From Trichodelitschia bisporula (lineage: Eukaryota): DNA of 64,000 bases. The notes beneath the pieces were generated by a model, which was given only the letters and a program-made list of their open reading frames with translations, had not been told where the DNA came from and ran no database searches. Both the position numbers and the translations under genes were made by a program. Shown here one piece after another: positions 23,843 through 35,541 of the stretch. Each line of letters opens with the position of its first letter. Within the stretch, counting starts at the first letter, position 1. The DNA is taken from contig ML996709.1 of the NCBI GenBank assembly GCA_010356995.1, forward strand, positions 262,606 to 326,605. The letters run 5' to 3'.

Positions 23843-25661
23843 AGAATTTGGCAAAGGTCTAGTCGCCGGGGTGGACATGACTTTTTTTTTTGATGAGCCC
23901 TAGGTCTGAGATGTACAATCGACGTCAAATGCCATCTCCAGTCAACCAACGCCCGCGAATGCTCTACTTTACAAGCCGATTCAAATGCACATCAACAATC
24001 CCCAACATGATATAAAACTCCACTCAGCAAGCATAATACACGCTCACCTCCCCAGCCACCCCACCGCCCACGCCGCAAGCACCACAAGGCCCCAACCCAC
24101 ACCCTCCACGCCCACCCTCCCCGCCGATCCTGTCAAATACTCCATCCCCGCAAAACTCGTCCTCAAATCCACCTCACTCCCATTAAACCTGCACCAAACC
24201 CCCTCAAACACATCCAAACTACCATTCCCCTTCTCCAGCATACAAGCCCTAAAACTCCCCATCGCAGCCTCATAACTCAAATTCCCCATTCCATGATACC
24301 CCGTCCCCCGCGGCGCAGGGCACCACTCGTAGCACCGCCCGCTCCCCCACCGCCCATACCCCGGCTGACAACACGCCAGCAGATTGTCCGCATACCGCTC
24401 CTGCGGCCGCACGGCGCATCCCGGCGCTGGATCCACCCTGCTCAGCAGCGGGCGCATGTCCAGCGTCGCACAGTACGCAGCGGCATCGAACGTGCTCGTC
24501 GCGCGCTGCGTGGTCGTCGTCGCCGTGGGGCGGACAATATGTGGCTGCGCGTGGCACCACAGCGCGCCCACGGGCTCGCCGGTAGAATTCAAACACTGCT
24601 TCATGTAATCGAACGCGCGGGTGCCGGTCTTGGAGGTCGCGGCGTCGAAGGCGGCGTTCATGTCCGCTGGCAGGTCGCAGTACGCGTAGCATGGGTCCGC
24701 GGCGAAGAGGTGCGGTGTTTCGCCGCAGCAGGGTTGGGCGAGGGGGATGGAGGCGGCGGGGAAGGCGCAGGAGTAGAAGCTGTCGGAGAGGGTGTCGGAT
24801 TCGGGGAAGGATTGGCTCAGGACGCCGGAGGAGGAGGGCGGGGGGCACGTAGAGGTCGACATGCTGGGTGGGTTGCGGTGGTGAGTGGCATGGTGAGCGC
24901 GGTCGCGTTCGCGTTGAAGTACGAGGTCCGCTAGTGCGTGTATCCAAGACGTTTTACCCGTTTGGGATGGGAGGTGAGGTCAGGGCGGAAAGGCATTTCG
25001 GAAGAGCATTTCGCCGTTCCTGGGCGGGGGCAACTGCACCTTTTACCCGCGGGACCGCCATGGACGTCGATTCACATCTTCCGTCTTTTTTTTTCCAGCC
25101 TACGGCGGGATTGACCGGGAAGTCGCTGCATGCTGGTCCTTATGTGAGGTTGAGAGAGGGAGAAGGATGTCCTGGAAACTTGCATTGGGGAAATCCGCTG
25201 GCAAGCGCGGTCACGAACCGCCAGATTCGGCGCCGATTTCCCCTCCAACATAGGTGTATGTCTGCTTCCTGTGGCCGTGCATACCGAACGCTGGTTTTGT
25301 CTGTATATGTGGAGCTGTCCACGGTGATTTGGTGGACGACCACGATAGCATGCTGTGCCTTCAGCTCCCTCAGACTGCCGGAACTTTATGCGCACTTTTG
25401 GGCACATTACCGTCTCTCCGCTCTACTAGCTGAAAAGTTGGAAGCCGAAAGCGTAAGGCAGGGGTTATGCCGAACGAACGTGCGGTGTAGCGGGACTTGA
25501 GCCGTGAAGGTATCGGGATGAATTGAGTTCTCGTGATGACCTGGAGTGAGAGGCAAGGGCACCATCTATGCACGAAGGCAAGAGCGACTTCGGAATGAGA
25601 ATCCAAGGGCTCATCGAAAGATTTATGTCCACCCCGGCGACTAGACCTCTGCCAAACTTCT
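23843..25661. repeat. Pair of about 55-bp imperfect inverted repeats (23843-23901 and 25606-25661)
   Basis: AGAATTTGGCAAAGGTCTAGTCGCCGGGGTGGACAT...GATGAGCCCT versus the reverse complement of the second copy AGAAGTTTGGCAGAGGTCTAGTCGCCGGGGTGGACAT...GATGAGCCCT. Confidence 0.85.
24044..24862 (-). CDS. Cys-rich protein with two tandem CA...CC...CYxxC...C...WC domains and a GPI-like hydrophobic C-terminus
   Basis: 272-aa ORF; the repeated Cys spacing is separated by a Thr-rich linker; ends SAGRVGVEGVGWGLVVLAAWAVGWLGR. Confidence 0.75.
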   Translation of the reverse strand: MSTSTCPPPSSSGVLSQSFPESDTLSDSFYSCAFPAASIPLAQPCCGETPHLFAADPCYAYCDLPADMNAAFDAATSKTGTRAFDYMKQCLNSTGEPVGALWCHAQPHIVRPTATTTTQRATSTFDAAAYCATLDMRPLLSRVDPAPGCAVRPQERYADNLLACCQPGYGRWGSGRCYEWCPAPRGTGYHGMGNLSYEAAMGSFRACMLEKGNGSLDVFEGVWCRFNGSEVDLRTSFAGMEYLTGSAGRVGVEGVGWGLVVLAAWAVGWLGR

Positions 25662-25894
25662 GAGGGGGCAGGTCATGACTTTCTCGGGTGGCCCTTGGTC
25701 GCAAGTCAGTACTTGCAGCACGCTCGAGCACATCATATCAGCACCAGCCTATGGTGGACATCCGACTAAATACGCAATGTGGCAGCTAAGGAAGTACACT
25801 TGAGGTGATCGAACGGAGAGCCAACGCCCTGGAATCCACCTTGTTTGCCGAAGCCCAAGGAGCATGGTGGAGATCGTCAAGAAGCCGCATCTGC

Positions 25895-27485
25895 TTACGC
25901 CAGCGTCCTCTTCTCCAGCCTCATCCACTGATCAGCAAAATACCCCACCCCGCCAGCAACCACAAGGCGGCCCGGCCTCTCCCCCGCCATCAGCGGCTTG
26001 AAACTCCGGAAAAACTGCCCAACAGTCAGCAACGCCCCACGCATAGAAGATTGAACTCACATGCACCGGCCCCTTAAACAGCTCCATGTGCGCAATATCC
26101 TTCCCCAAGCACACCCGACTCCCATACCCAAACACCATACTATACTTCTCAAACCGTTTCCGCCTCTCCTCATCCTCCAACCACCGCTCCGGGCGGAAAA
26201 CCTCCGCATCCTCGCCATAAAGGCCCTTGTCCCGCCCCAAAATCCACGGATTGCACGTCACCTCCGTGCCCTCGGGAATGAACCTCCCATCAATCTGCAC
26301 ACCCCCCTTGCCCACCAACCGCGGGAATATATTCGGCGCACTCGGGCACAGCCGCATCGCCTCCTTTACCACAGCGATGTAGTACGGCAAATGCGCCACC
26401 ACCTCGTCATACTGCGGCACCGCGCTGAGCTGCCCCGCCCTCGACGCAGCGTCGATCTCAGCGACCATGCGCTCGTACACCTCCGGCGCTTGCTGCAGGT
26501 AGAACATCATAGCCGCGAAGGCCGTGCCCGTAGTATCCGCGCCCGCAAGCAGGACAAGGAGAATCTCCGCCTTGATCCACTCGTCGCTCAGCGGATCGCC
26601 CTCCTCCGTGCGCGCATTCAGAAACGTCTGCAGCAGATCGACCCGGTCGCCCACCGTCCCCGCCTTGATGGCCTCCTTGCGCGCAGCGAAGAGCTTATCC
26701 CGGAAACGCATGAGCACGCCGATGCCCGAATTGTCGCTCGACTTCGCGACGAGAAAGCGCTCGCCGATCCACGTGTTCTTGAGCGCGTTGGTGAAGGGGT
26801 ACAGCCGCGCGAGGAGGCCGAACACGGGCATCCCGTCGTGGATCCCCTGGATCAGACCCCCGACATCGCTTTCGCTTTCAACGAAGCCGAAAGGCGCGCC
26901 GAAGCCAATGTCGCTGATGACGTCGTACGCGAAGAACGTGCTCCAAAGCGCGAAATCGAAGCGCTCACCGCTCGCCGCGAACTTATCCAGCTTAAGCGCC
27001 CACCCCGCGATCCCGGCATCAATATTCGGCTCCATCTTCTTGATATTGCTGAAGCTGTAGGGCCCGGCCGCGTACTTTCGGAAATGCGCGTGCTCGCGGT
27101 GGGGCTGCATGTTGAACAGCGTCTCCACTTTGCCAAAGGAGCCGGTGATGTAGTGCTGGGATTTGTCGGCGGAGCGGTGGTAGATGAGCGGGAGGGCGGT
27201 TGGGTCGCTGACCATGAGGAGGGTCGGCGTGATGCGGATTATTTTGCCGTGCTTCCGGTGCAGCGCGAGTTCTAGCTCGAGTTCATCTTGCTTGAGGTTG
27301 TGGTAGCCGACCCAGAGGCGGGTTACGCTGCCCCAGAAGGGGCCGGGGAAGGTGCGGAGGGGGTGGAGGAGGCGGTATTTGATGATTTGGTACAGGGCGC
27401 GGAGGGCGATGTAGCTCAGGACGGCGAGGAGGGCGTTTAGCAGCGTGGGCTGCGGGACGAGGGAGAGGAGCTTCGTGGAGAGCAT
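25895..27485 (-). CDS. Cytochrome P450 monooxygenase
   Basis: N-terminal TM anchor and FPGP hinge, I-helix AGADTT, EAMR (ExxR), PERW, heme motif [10 protein letters not shown]; intron 26015-26060 restores the C-terminus FFRSFKP...KRTLA*. Confidence 0.96.
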
Positions 27486-28898
27486 GGTGGGCGGAGGGTG
27501 GGACTGGGGTGAGGACGATGCGCATGGGGTGGAAGGTACATATGTATCATGCCAGGGACGGGCGGAAAAGCATTGCAGCTGGCCTTGCACCTCCCATTTC
27601 CGGTTCTCCAGCTGCATGCCGATCAAGGCACATGCTCGCTTGAGGCTACTCCATTGCAGGGTCTAAGGACGCCGCTAGAGGAGTTGCGGCAAAGTGGCAG
27701 TGGGGTATGGCGAATCGAGACGCTCAAAGCTCATGATGATCGCGACGTCGTGCTGTTCTCACGGAGTTTACCTTCGGTGGTTAGTGTCCCCCTCCGTTCC
27801 GCCGAAAGCAACTCTTTCGCCTGCCTTTGCCATTCTCAGCACGCACAATTGTGCGCCCGGTGTAAGTTGCAAGATACTCACAAATGAGTTCTCCAAGCTG
27901 CCACGGTACACCGCTACAACTCGAACTAATCGCGCCGCCAAGTACCCACGCGGGATCTCGCGCGATGTTGCGGGGTAGTGCGCCGAGCAAATTTGCGGGG
28001 GAACGATCGCGGGGAAACGATTCCCGGCAACCAGGGAAGCGGATTAGCGGGTCGGTGCTCGGGGCTTAGAACTAAGGGCTTGGGTGCAGTCTAGATTGCT
28101 CCAAAGATGAGAAGCGATGGATTGAAGCACCGTTGGGTGAAGGACCTGCTGCTGTACTCTGCTGGTGGAAATATCTTGCATCCCGGTCCCCGCAAGCTCG
28201 GTCTTTTTGGTTCAAGCCTTCTCATGACAAGCCACGATGGCACGATCCCCCCTTGAATCGGTGTCGATACTTTTCACAGCAGTTGACGATGGGCGCCGGC
28301 GCAGAATTGTGAAATACTCCACGCCTGTGCGTTGCATGTAACTGCTATGCTGAACTGCAGCTGCGGCCGGCTAGAACTGGTGCTCGGGAACGCGCCGCGT
28401 CGCACTTCGGGCCGAACCCCAGTCCTGATCGCTTTTCCCCGACGACCGTCCATGGTAAGACGCCGCTCCCATTGGTTCTCGGTGTACAATCCCGGCCAAA
28501 GGCTGATACCGGGAGGATTGCTACAAATACGTGCGGGATTATGGACGAAGAGGATTCCATTTACATGAGCACGGTTTTCGCCGGGCGAGGTCGTCTCTCG
28601 ACTTAGTGGCTTATCACCACTTGGTCGTTGAGGTGTCCGGCAGCCTGAGAAGCCGGATGGTGAACGCCGGCAGCCCGCTCGGAACTCAGGAATTGGCTTG
28701 AACCTACGGCATGGGGCGAGAGGTCATGAGCATGCAATAAAAGGAGGAAACAGTCGAGAAGAAGCTTGGAGATATGCCCTCTAACCAAGAACGCCGGGAA
28801 CTGAATTGTTCCAAAGCAAAACCTCCCCCATCCACCATCCATATCGCATGAGAAGCTGCTGGACTAATACAAGGCAGCAGATTGAAGCAGAAGTAAAA

Positions 28899-29989
28899 AT
28901 GCAACCACCCCCAGTCCATCTCCTGGGAATGAACCATCGTCAACAATCCGACATTCAGGGAGATTCGGCAATGCTAGCGACACCGAGCCGCTCAAGGCCC
29001 CAACCGGACAAAAGAAATATCTCCACATTCAGCACGTTCGAGACTTTGGCATCCAGAGCATACCGAGAGGCCTGTCCGCAAAAATTGTTCGTCACCCCCA
29101 CTAGTCAACTTCCGGACCAAGCTCAGGTTTTCAGTTTGAGCCAACTTTCACCATCCGATTTGTTAGACCACTTTGGCTTCGCTGCCAGCGTCTGCAAGCT
29201 CAAATCCTGGGAGTTCAATGATATGGAAGAGGAGCCCGAGAGGAACGCCCGCATTTACAAACTTCAGCTGGCAGCGCCTTCACCTGACGTACCCCAGAAG
29301 CTATTCATCGAGGCCTGAGACCGTTACCCGAAGCGGGGCGCTATACCTCTGGATCAGAAGAGTCACCGTACCGCGCAGTACTTTCGGCCCTCCTTGCTGC
29401 ACTTTTCCCGCAGGGAACTCGTTGGCTCTACATTTCCCCTAAGGAACCACTGGTGAGTCACGGATGCTTTACTCTAAAGGAAACTGGAAGCCAGACGGCA
29501 TACGGGAATCCTTTGAGTGCCATTTTCTCATACAAGTCGGCAAACGCTTGGACCCTTCGTAGCCCTATCCTTGCCGTCGTTTGTGCTCGCAACCAGTCTC
29601 TGGGCTACGAAGAGGAGGTTGCCTGCCTCCTATCGATTGCTCAGACCTACTACGATCAGATGCAGGACGATACGGAAGCCGGAAGACTGTTTGTAGTTGT
29701 TATTGCGAGGGCACGGGCCATTGGTTTCCTCGAAGTGACTTTAACCAAGGCGATCGTTGAGGCACTGATGAGGCGGGAGAAAGGTGCCTTGCATATTACT
29801 TGCAGTCCTTTCGTCTCAATATCGGACAGGATGGAGCGACCCCAAGCGGTGGCTAAGTTGGTAAAGCTAGCTCAGGAAGCGCTGTCCCAATATATTTGCT
29901 CACGATGCGTCAATTGTCACGGTGCCAGCGAAGAGCGGTGCAAAAACCATAGATTGCTTCGAGACGATGATAAAGAGTTGGAGAAGTAA
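28899..29989 (+). pseudogene. Family A copy 1 (putative degenerate PD-(D/E)XK-fold protein), disrupted
   Basis: Shares ALFP..TR, GCF.LK, SQTAY.NP, LAVV.AR, EEVACLLSIAQTYYDQM and FLE.TLTK with the copies at 50.8 and 53.1 kb; TGA at 29316-29318 and a frameshift near 29385. Start approximate. Confidence 0.65.
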
Positions 29990-31014
29990 TCTACAGGAAT
30001 GGGTGTGCAAAAGCATAACGGCAGTGGGGGCTTGGCGCCAGTCACATGACTGCGCTAGTCCATTACACCGTGTATGGTCAGAACCATGACATCAAGACAA
30101 TCGGAGGGGTCAATGTTCTGAAGGCAGGGCCACTTTCCCGTTCACACATTGAGACTCGGAATGAAGGCAAGTATGTCTCTGAGTGTTGGAAAGCGGTGGC
30201 TGTGTTCAGCCTTACCCAGTTTCAGCCACGGGGCTCGAGTATAAGTAGACTCGGGATCCCCACCTCTTTGACAATTAAAGCAACTTGTTCATGGACAGAC
30301 CTTCGGTCTAACTTGTGATGCTGTGATGTTTCCATTGACCACACATCTCCTTTTAACACTGAGGCAGCACACTTAGCGTTAGAAGAAGCGGATCACTCTT
30401 GGGAAGGGATCAGGGCAATGTACTCACAGCGCTCATGTCCCTTTATATGCTTCTTCCTGATATGACAATTTCCCATTAGCGTATGCAATTGAGGCAACTG
30501 GTCCCAGCTATGAATCACACTCTTACGGGTTTCAACCACTTTGATACCATAACTCGTGAAATCAAGGCGGAGGAGCCTAACTAATGGAAGGAAGAAAGCC
30601 GGATACCCTCAAAGCTAGAGAAAACACTTGCAGCTCAAGTGGGGAGGCCGGCACTCAGCGTATGTGCTATTGGAAAATATTGCCTTCTGATTGATCAACT
30701 GAGTGAGGGACCACAGCCAAAACGATACTACCGTGGTATGTGCTGAACAGGATGCTTGGCATGTCTCAAAGAGGAACAAAGCTGTCAAATTGACGTAAGA
30801 GTGCATGATGTCGGAGGAAGTCCGTCGGGCCCAAGGGCCCCTCCGGAGAGCTAAATCTACAAGCGAATAACCCAGTCACCAAAGCAACTCATATTCCATC
30901 AACCCATATCCCATCAACCCTGATGACTGCCCTCATTATTTGATCACCCCCACCTTAAACCCCAACTAAAACGAACCCATGAACCCGAGTCAAATGCTCG
31001 CCGAAACCCCACAA

Positions 31015-33165
31015 TCACGCTATCATTCCAGGTGTGCAGATTTGATCAAAGATGCCGAAAATGGCGGACATGGCAGCCAGCCCACCACTAGGCCTTGAGA
31101 GGTCTCCCGAGGGTGAGCCATTGGGTATAGGCCGCTGACCCTTGAAGGGCGTCGAGGGATTTTTCAGCCAGTTGAGGTATTCGGTGGTGAGCTTGACTTC
31201 AACCACCGAGAATTTAAACTGCCCTATAGTGATGCAATAGGCATGAAGCCGGTCGGAGGTAAGTTCGACGCCCTCATCTTCATCCGAGGCCACCCGGGAT
31301 TGCGCGCAGCCTAGGAATTCCCCGAGCACTTGTGGCCTATAAGCGATCCCTTGACTTGACCGCTTGAATTCTGTGAGAATCATAGGCACTCTAGGACGTT
31401 AGCTGTTATGGCATATGGTCGTTCCATCCGTCTTGGAGTTGACCCTTCGTCTCTTTCAGCGTAATTGGAGGAATCGCCATGATCGGCGATGGGCCTTTTA
31501 CCCAGTCGAGATACTCGGGGGTACAGATGTTCAGTAATAAAGGTGGGGTATACCACCGACAGTACACACTGACTCACCGTGACGCAGTACACCACGCTCT
31601 GGCCGCCGGTAAGCTTGACGGCGTTTGTTTCAGCTTCGGATACCCGGACTTGGGCACAGCCCAGGCATTCCCCATACACCTGGAACTTGTATTGCTCCCC
31701 AAGGGCCGACCTCTTGCATTCGAGGAGAAGGAAAGGGGCCCCGGGATCTTGACTGTTTGCGCAATATATTACTCCATCCGTTAGGGAGCGGGCCCCTTTA
31801 TGCCTGATGGCGACGTCGATATGACATGGCTTAAGGCTGAGGAATAGCGCGTACCCGGGGTTCTCGCTCGTCCAGCTGTCAAGGACCGCTGAGATGAAGG
31901 CATTGGCGACTGCAACCGTCATCGCCTCTGAGTCCATACTGCGGGTGGCCGGGTCTTGGACGGACCCTGCGTGGCTCTCGTCGCTGACCTGCTCCTTCGT
32001 TAATCCATGTTCAAATAATGCTGGCACCTTCGAAATATACCTCATCATTGTCATCTCCTCAACCTGGAGCTACCCAGTCAAGATACTGGGTAGTGAAAGT
32101 GAAATCCACCACCGAAAGCTCAAATTGACGCGGTACGATGCAAACTACCCGAAGCCGGCCGCCGGTGAGCGGGACGGAGGAAGAGGAAGCCTTGTTCGTC
32201 CGGCCTTGTACGCAGCACAGGCATTCCCCCCGAACCTGGGCTGGTATAGGGTCGTGTCGCTCGACGACCGTTTGCACTCGGCGATGCAGACAGGGTCGGT
32301 CGGGTCTTGCGTGTTGCGGCAGAAGACTGCTCCATCGGACCTGGAGTTGACCGAGTGATTGCCGATGAAGACTTTGTTGACAACTGAGTCAGGGCTGAAG
32401 CGCATGTCGTACTCGCTGTTCTTCTCCACCCTCATCCAGCTTAAAATGGCCATGGTGATGAAGCCAGCAGTGACTAGTACCGTCGTCTGCTCTAACTTCG
32501 TGGCCTGGGTGGGGGCGCCGAGATGCCGTCGCAAAAAGCTGAGCCTTGCGTGCTCCCGTATGCCTGCTCCTTTGTTAATCCATGCGCAAATAGTATGAGC
32601 ACCTTCAAAATACATACCTGAGGAATCTCGTCAACCTCGACCTGGACAATGCCGCCATCAGGCGTGGACATCGAGTAGCGGAGGAACGAATAGAAAGCAT
32701 AACTCGTCGCGACACCCTCCTTGTTCAGAACCTCCTGGAGCTCCGTAACGGTGCGGGTTTCAATATCCCGCTGCTTCAGACCTGGCACGGCTAGCCACCT
32801 ATCCCAGTTTTGGTCAATCACGCACCTCTCCCCAGGCTGGCACGGATAGCTTACTTGTCCTTCTCGTCGTCAATCGTGCACGATTCAATCGCACCTTTCT
32901 GTCATTTTCTTGACAGCTGTCCGAACGTCATGAGGTGGTTTTCGGTCCACTTTGAAGTGGAAACCGTGAACTTTGAGTCCCGGGCTGCGATCGAGAGCGG
33001 GACGGACTTTATAGTTACTTTGTGTGGATTGAAAATTTCGGCGGTAATGGTATTGAAGTCCGCAAGGCGAAGTTGCCGATAGACGCCTTAACGGGTCTCG
33101 GCCCCCGCTCCGCGCAGGAGGCCCATGGTCTCTGTTCGGTCGCTGCTGTGAAGCCTTCCTCCCAT
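31015..33165 (-). pseudogene. Family B PD-(D/E)XK nuclease-like locus with tandemly triplicated C-terminal domain, disrupted
   Basis: Units SDGAVFC...IAECKR...QVRGECLCCVQ, TDGVIYC...LLECKR...QVYGECLGCAQ and partial LTEFKR...QVLGEFLGCAQ; N-terminal SKWTENHL motif; several stops and frameshifts. Confidence 0.7.
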
Positions 33166-33957
33166 CAGGCTCAGAATGTTAGCGGTGTTGAGGAGGTCAG
33201 GGGAGGGCTTTGGGGATTGAATATAAAGAAAGAGAGACAGTTCAGAGGCTCTCAAGGAATATATACATGAGTTGGTGAATGTTGAGTGTTGCTTTGGGAG
33301 TTGGATGAACGAAAAGGATTGAATGAAGTCTTGAAAAAAGCGAAGGTCCTGCTGGTATAAATACCGGAAGGAACCCCGGAGCGCTCCTGCTGGCTGAACA
33401 GGCGGCAGGCGCCAGACGCTGGTACAAACCCACTCAGTCAGAAAGTCGTTGCCCGTGCCCCGAGGCAACTGCCACACTATCTACGGGAGGAGCTTCAGGG
33501 TTAAAGGTAAGTGCCTGCCCGTCAGCGGCGATATCCCCTCCAGCTCCTTCCCTCCGACATGGAGCACGTCATCATACTCCTTCCCACGTCATGAGGGTAT
33601 GAAAGAAGGAAGGAGCAACGGGGGAGACCCCCTCTCTTCCTCTTCCTCTGTTCGGCTTCAATTTTCAATCTTCAGTTCACACAGTTGCCGTCGCAAGTGT
33701 TAGATCTCTGCTCGCGAAAACTCCGCAAGCCTCTTGTCTTCTTTGTCCTTTTCAACCTTTTCAAAAGCTTATATGCATTTTGCCTACATCTGGTCCATAC
33801 CGTCCTACTTTCCCAGTACCAGCTCTGTTCTCTCTCCTAGCGCCAGCTCCATCTTATCGTCTTGCAGCAGCTCAATCTTCTCACCCGACTTCAACTCTTC
33901 CCTCGTCGTGCAAGGTACGTCACAACCTCCGTAGTCAAAATATTGTACAGTAGTCTC

Positions 33958-34829
33958 ATGGATATTGTACACAGTATGGCGGAGGATGAGCTTTCGACGG
34001 AGCTTGCGAATCCCAGCTTTGCGCTCATGAGCTCAAAGTGGACGGATCGACACCTCGAAGCGCTGTAAGTTCGCCATATCGTTGGCTGGTCACCAGCGCC
34101 TACCGCGGTTCCCGCGGATTATATGGCCTGGGTCAACGTGCCTAGCATGACGGAAAGCTTCTTTGCAACTGCTGACATGCTGGATATTGACCGTATCCTT
34201 CGACATGAGGGTTGCGAGATATCTTGGGGCTTCTATGTTGAGCTCTGCAGAATGATGCAGAATCCAGATTCACACTCCAGGATTCTGGCATCCTCCTTGG
34301 TCTCGTTAGTTCTGTACAGAGACCAGAGGCACCTCGCCACTGGACTGGTTCACGATCTTGACCCAGAGTTCCCCACAATCGTTCTCCGGAGAAAGCTTTT
34401 GTGCGTGATATATGGATGTATGAGACGGCTAAACGCCAAGAACCTTCTCATTCTTGTCAAGCAAAAGCGGGTCTATCTGCCGGAGAAACAAGCACAAGAT
34501 AACTACCAAAGCCTCGAGGAAGTCTTCATGACACAGCTGTTCGGGGAAGCATTGGGCTGCGTCCAGCATCGGGCGGCCTCGTCAAACGGCCGAACCCTCA
34601 GCCCCGAGCGCATTCGCGTGTTTTGCCTCACTTTCCGCAAGTGTTAGATGTCGGTGGTGTGTGTGCAATTCAAGCCGGAATATCTAGAGTGGGTAGCGAA
34701 GTCACCCGAGGCCCGTGGGAATGCCTCCACTGTCAAAATGGAGGAGGCAGATCCAATGGACCTTCGAACGGCTGCGGGAGGAAGAGTGCGATGGAGAGTA
34801 TTTGGAGCGTCCTGAACATCGTGTGCTGA
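33958..34829 (+). pseudogene. Family B copy 2, divergently oriented, catalytic motif degenerate
   Basis: SKWTDRHLEAL, WVNVP...EGCEISWGFY, QLFGEALGCVQ and SVVCVQFKPEYLEWV align with the minus-strand locus; TAA 34066-34068, TAG 34645-34647 and a frameshift near 34775. Confidence 0.65.
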
Positions 34830-35541
34830 GCGGGTGTTGATGGGCAAAAGGCTTGAAGGTAGTACTAAGGAGGATGCACTTGTATTTTAGACTTGTATTT
34901 TAGACTTGCATTTTAGAACTCATTTGCTTTTCTTGCCTCCTCTCCCACCTCATCAACGTCTACATGATACAGCAAGTTCTGTCTTTTCAAACCCTTTTGC
35001 GTGCCATCAAGTCTGGGGACTGTCATCCCACCATCTCTGCGTCCATCTCAGATCAGGTGTTTCGATTTCTTGCCTGAGTGCCAATTGAACTTGTCCACTT
35101 TTGCTTTGAGTGACTGGTGGAGCCCACTGTACTCATCTCAAATAACCCATTGCGCCATTTCGCTTACTGTGCGGCCGGTACTCGTATGTGCGGAGCACTC
35201 GGCATCCTAACTTCATGTCGGGCCAGTGCCGCTCCGTCACCAATCCACCCATCGGCCAAGTTTAGCTATTGCCGTCATCTTGAACTGCCCGGTCAACCCT
35301 ATAATCGCATATAAGTGTTCCAAGACTAAACCTAGTTCTACATGATGCACATTCGTAAGAGCAAGGCTGGCGGCTGGGCTCTTGGCGGTAGGAGGGGTAG
35401 AGTGGAGGGGTAAACGTGGGGGTCGCAGCTGCTGCGCCTCATCTCCAAGGGCGAGCGAATTCCAGACTTCTTTCCCACCATACCCTCTTCTCACTCATCC
35501 CCTTCCCACAAAACTTAACAGATACCTTTGCTCGCTGATTC

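Noticed and set aside
25895..27485. Secondary-metabolite cluster around the P450
   Set aside because: No PKS, NRPS, terpene synthase, DUF3328 or transporter was recognised nearby.
31015..33165. Bona fide Spok spore-killer gene
   Set aside because: Only the nuclease-type motif is shared; no Cys cluster or kinase domain follows.
34065..34145. Intron starting GTAAGT that would remove the TAA in family B copy 2
   Set aside because: The nearest AG gives 32 nt and a frameshift; the in-frame AG (81 nt) would delete the conserved W..VP motif; no good branch site.
34878..34917. 13-bp triple repeat ACTTGTATTTTAG, and similar short repeats near 16195, 59705 and 60480
   Set aside because: Simple slippage repeats with no further structure.
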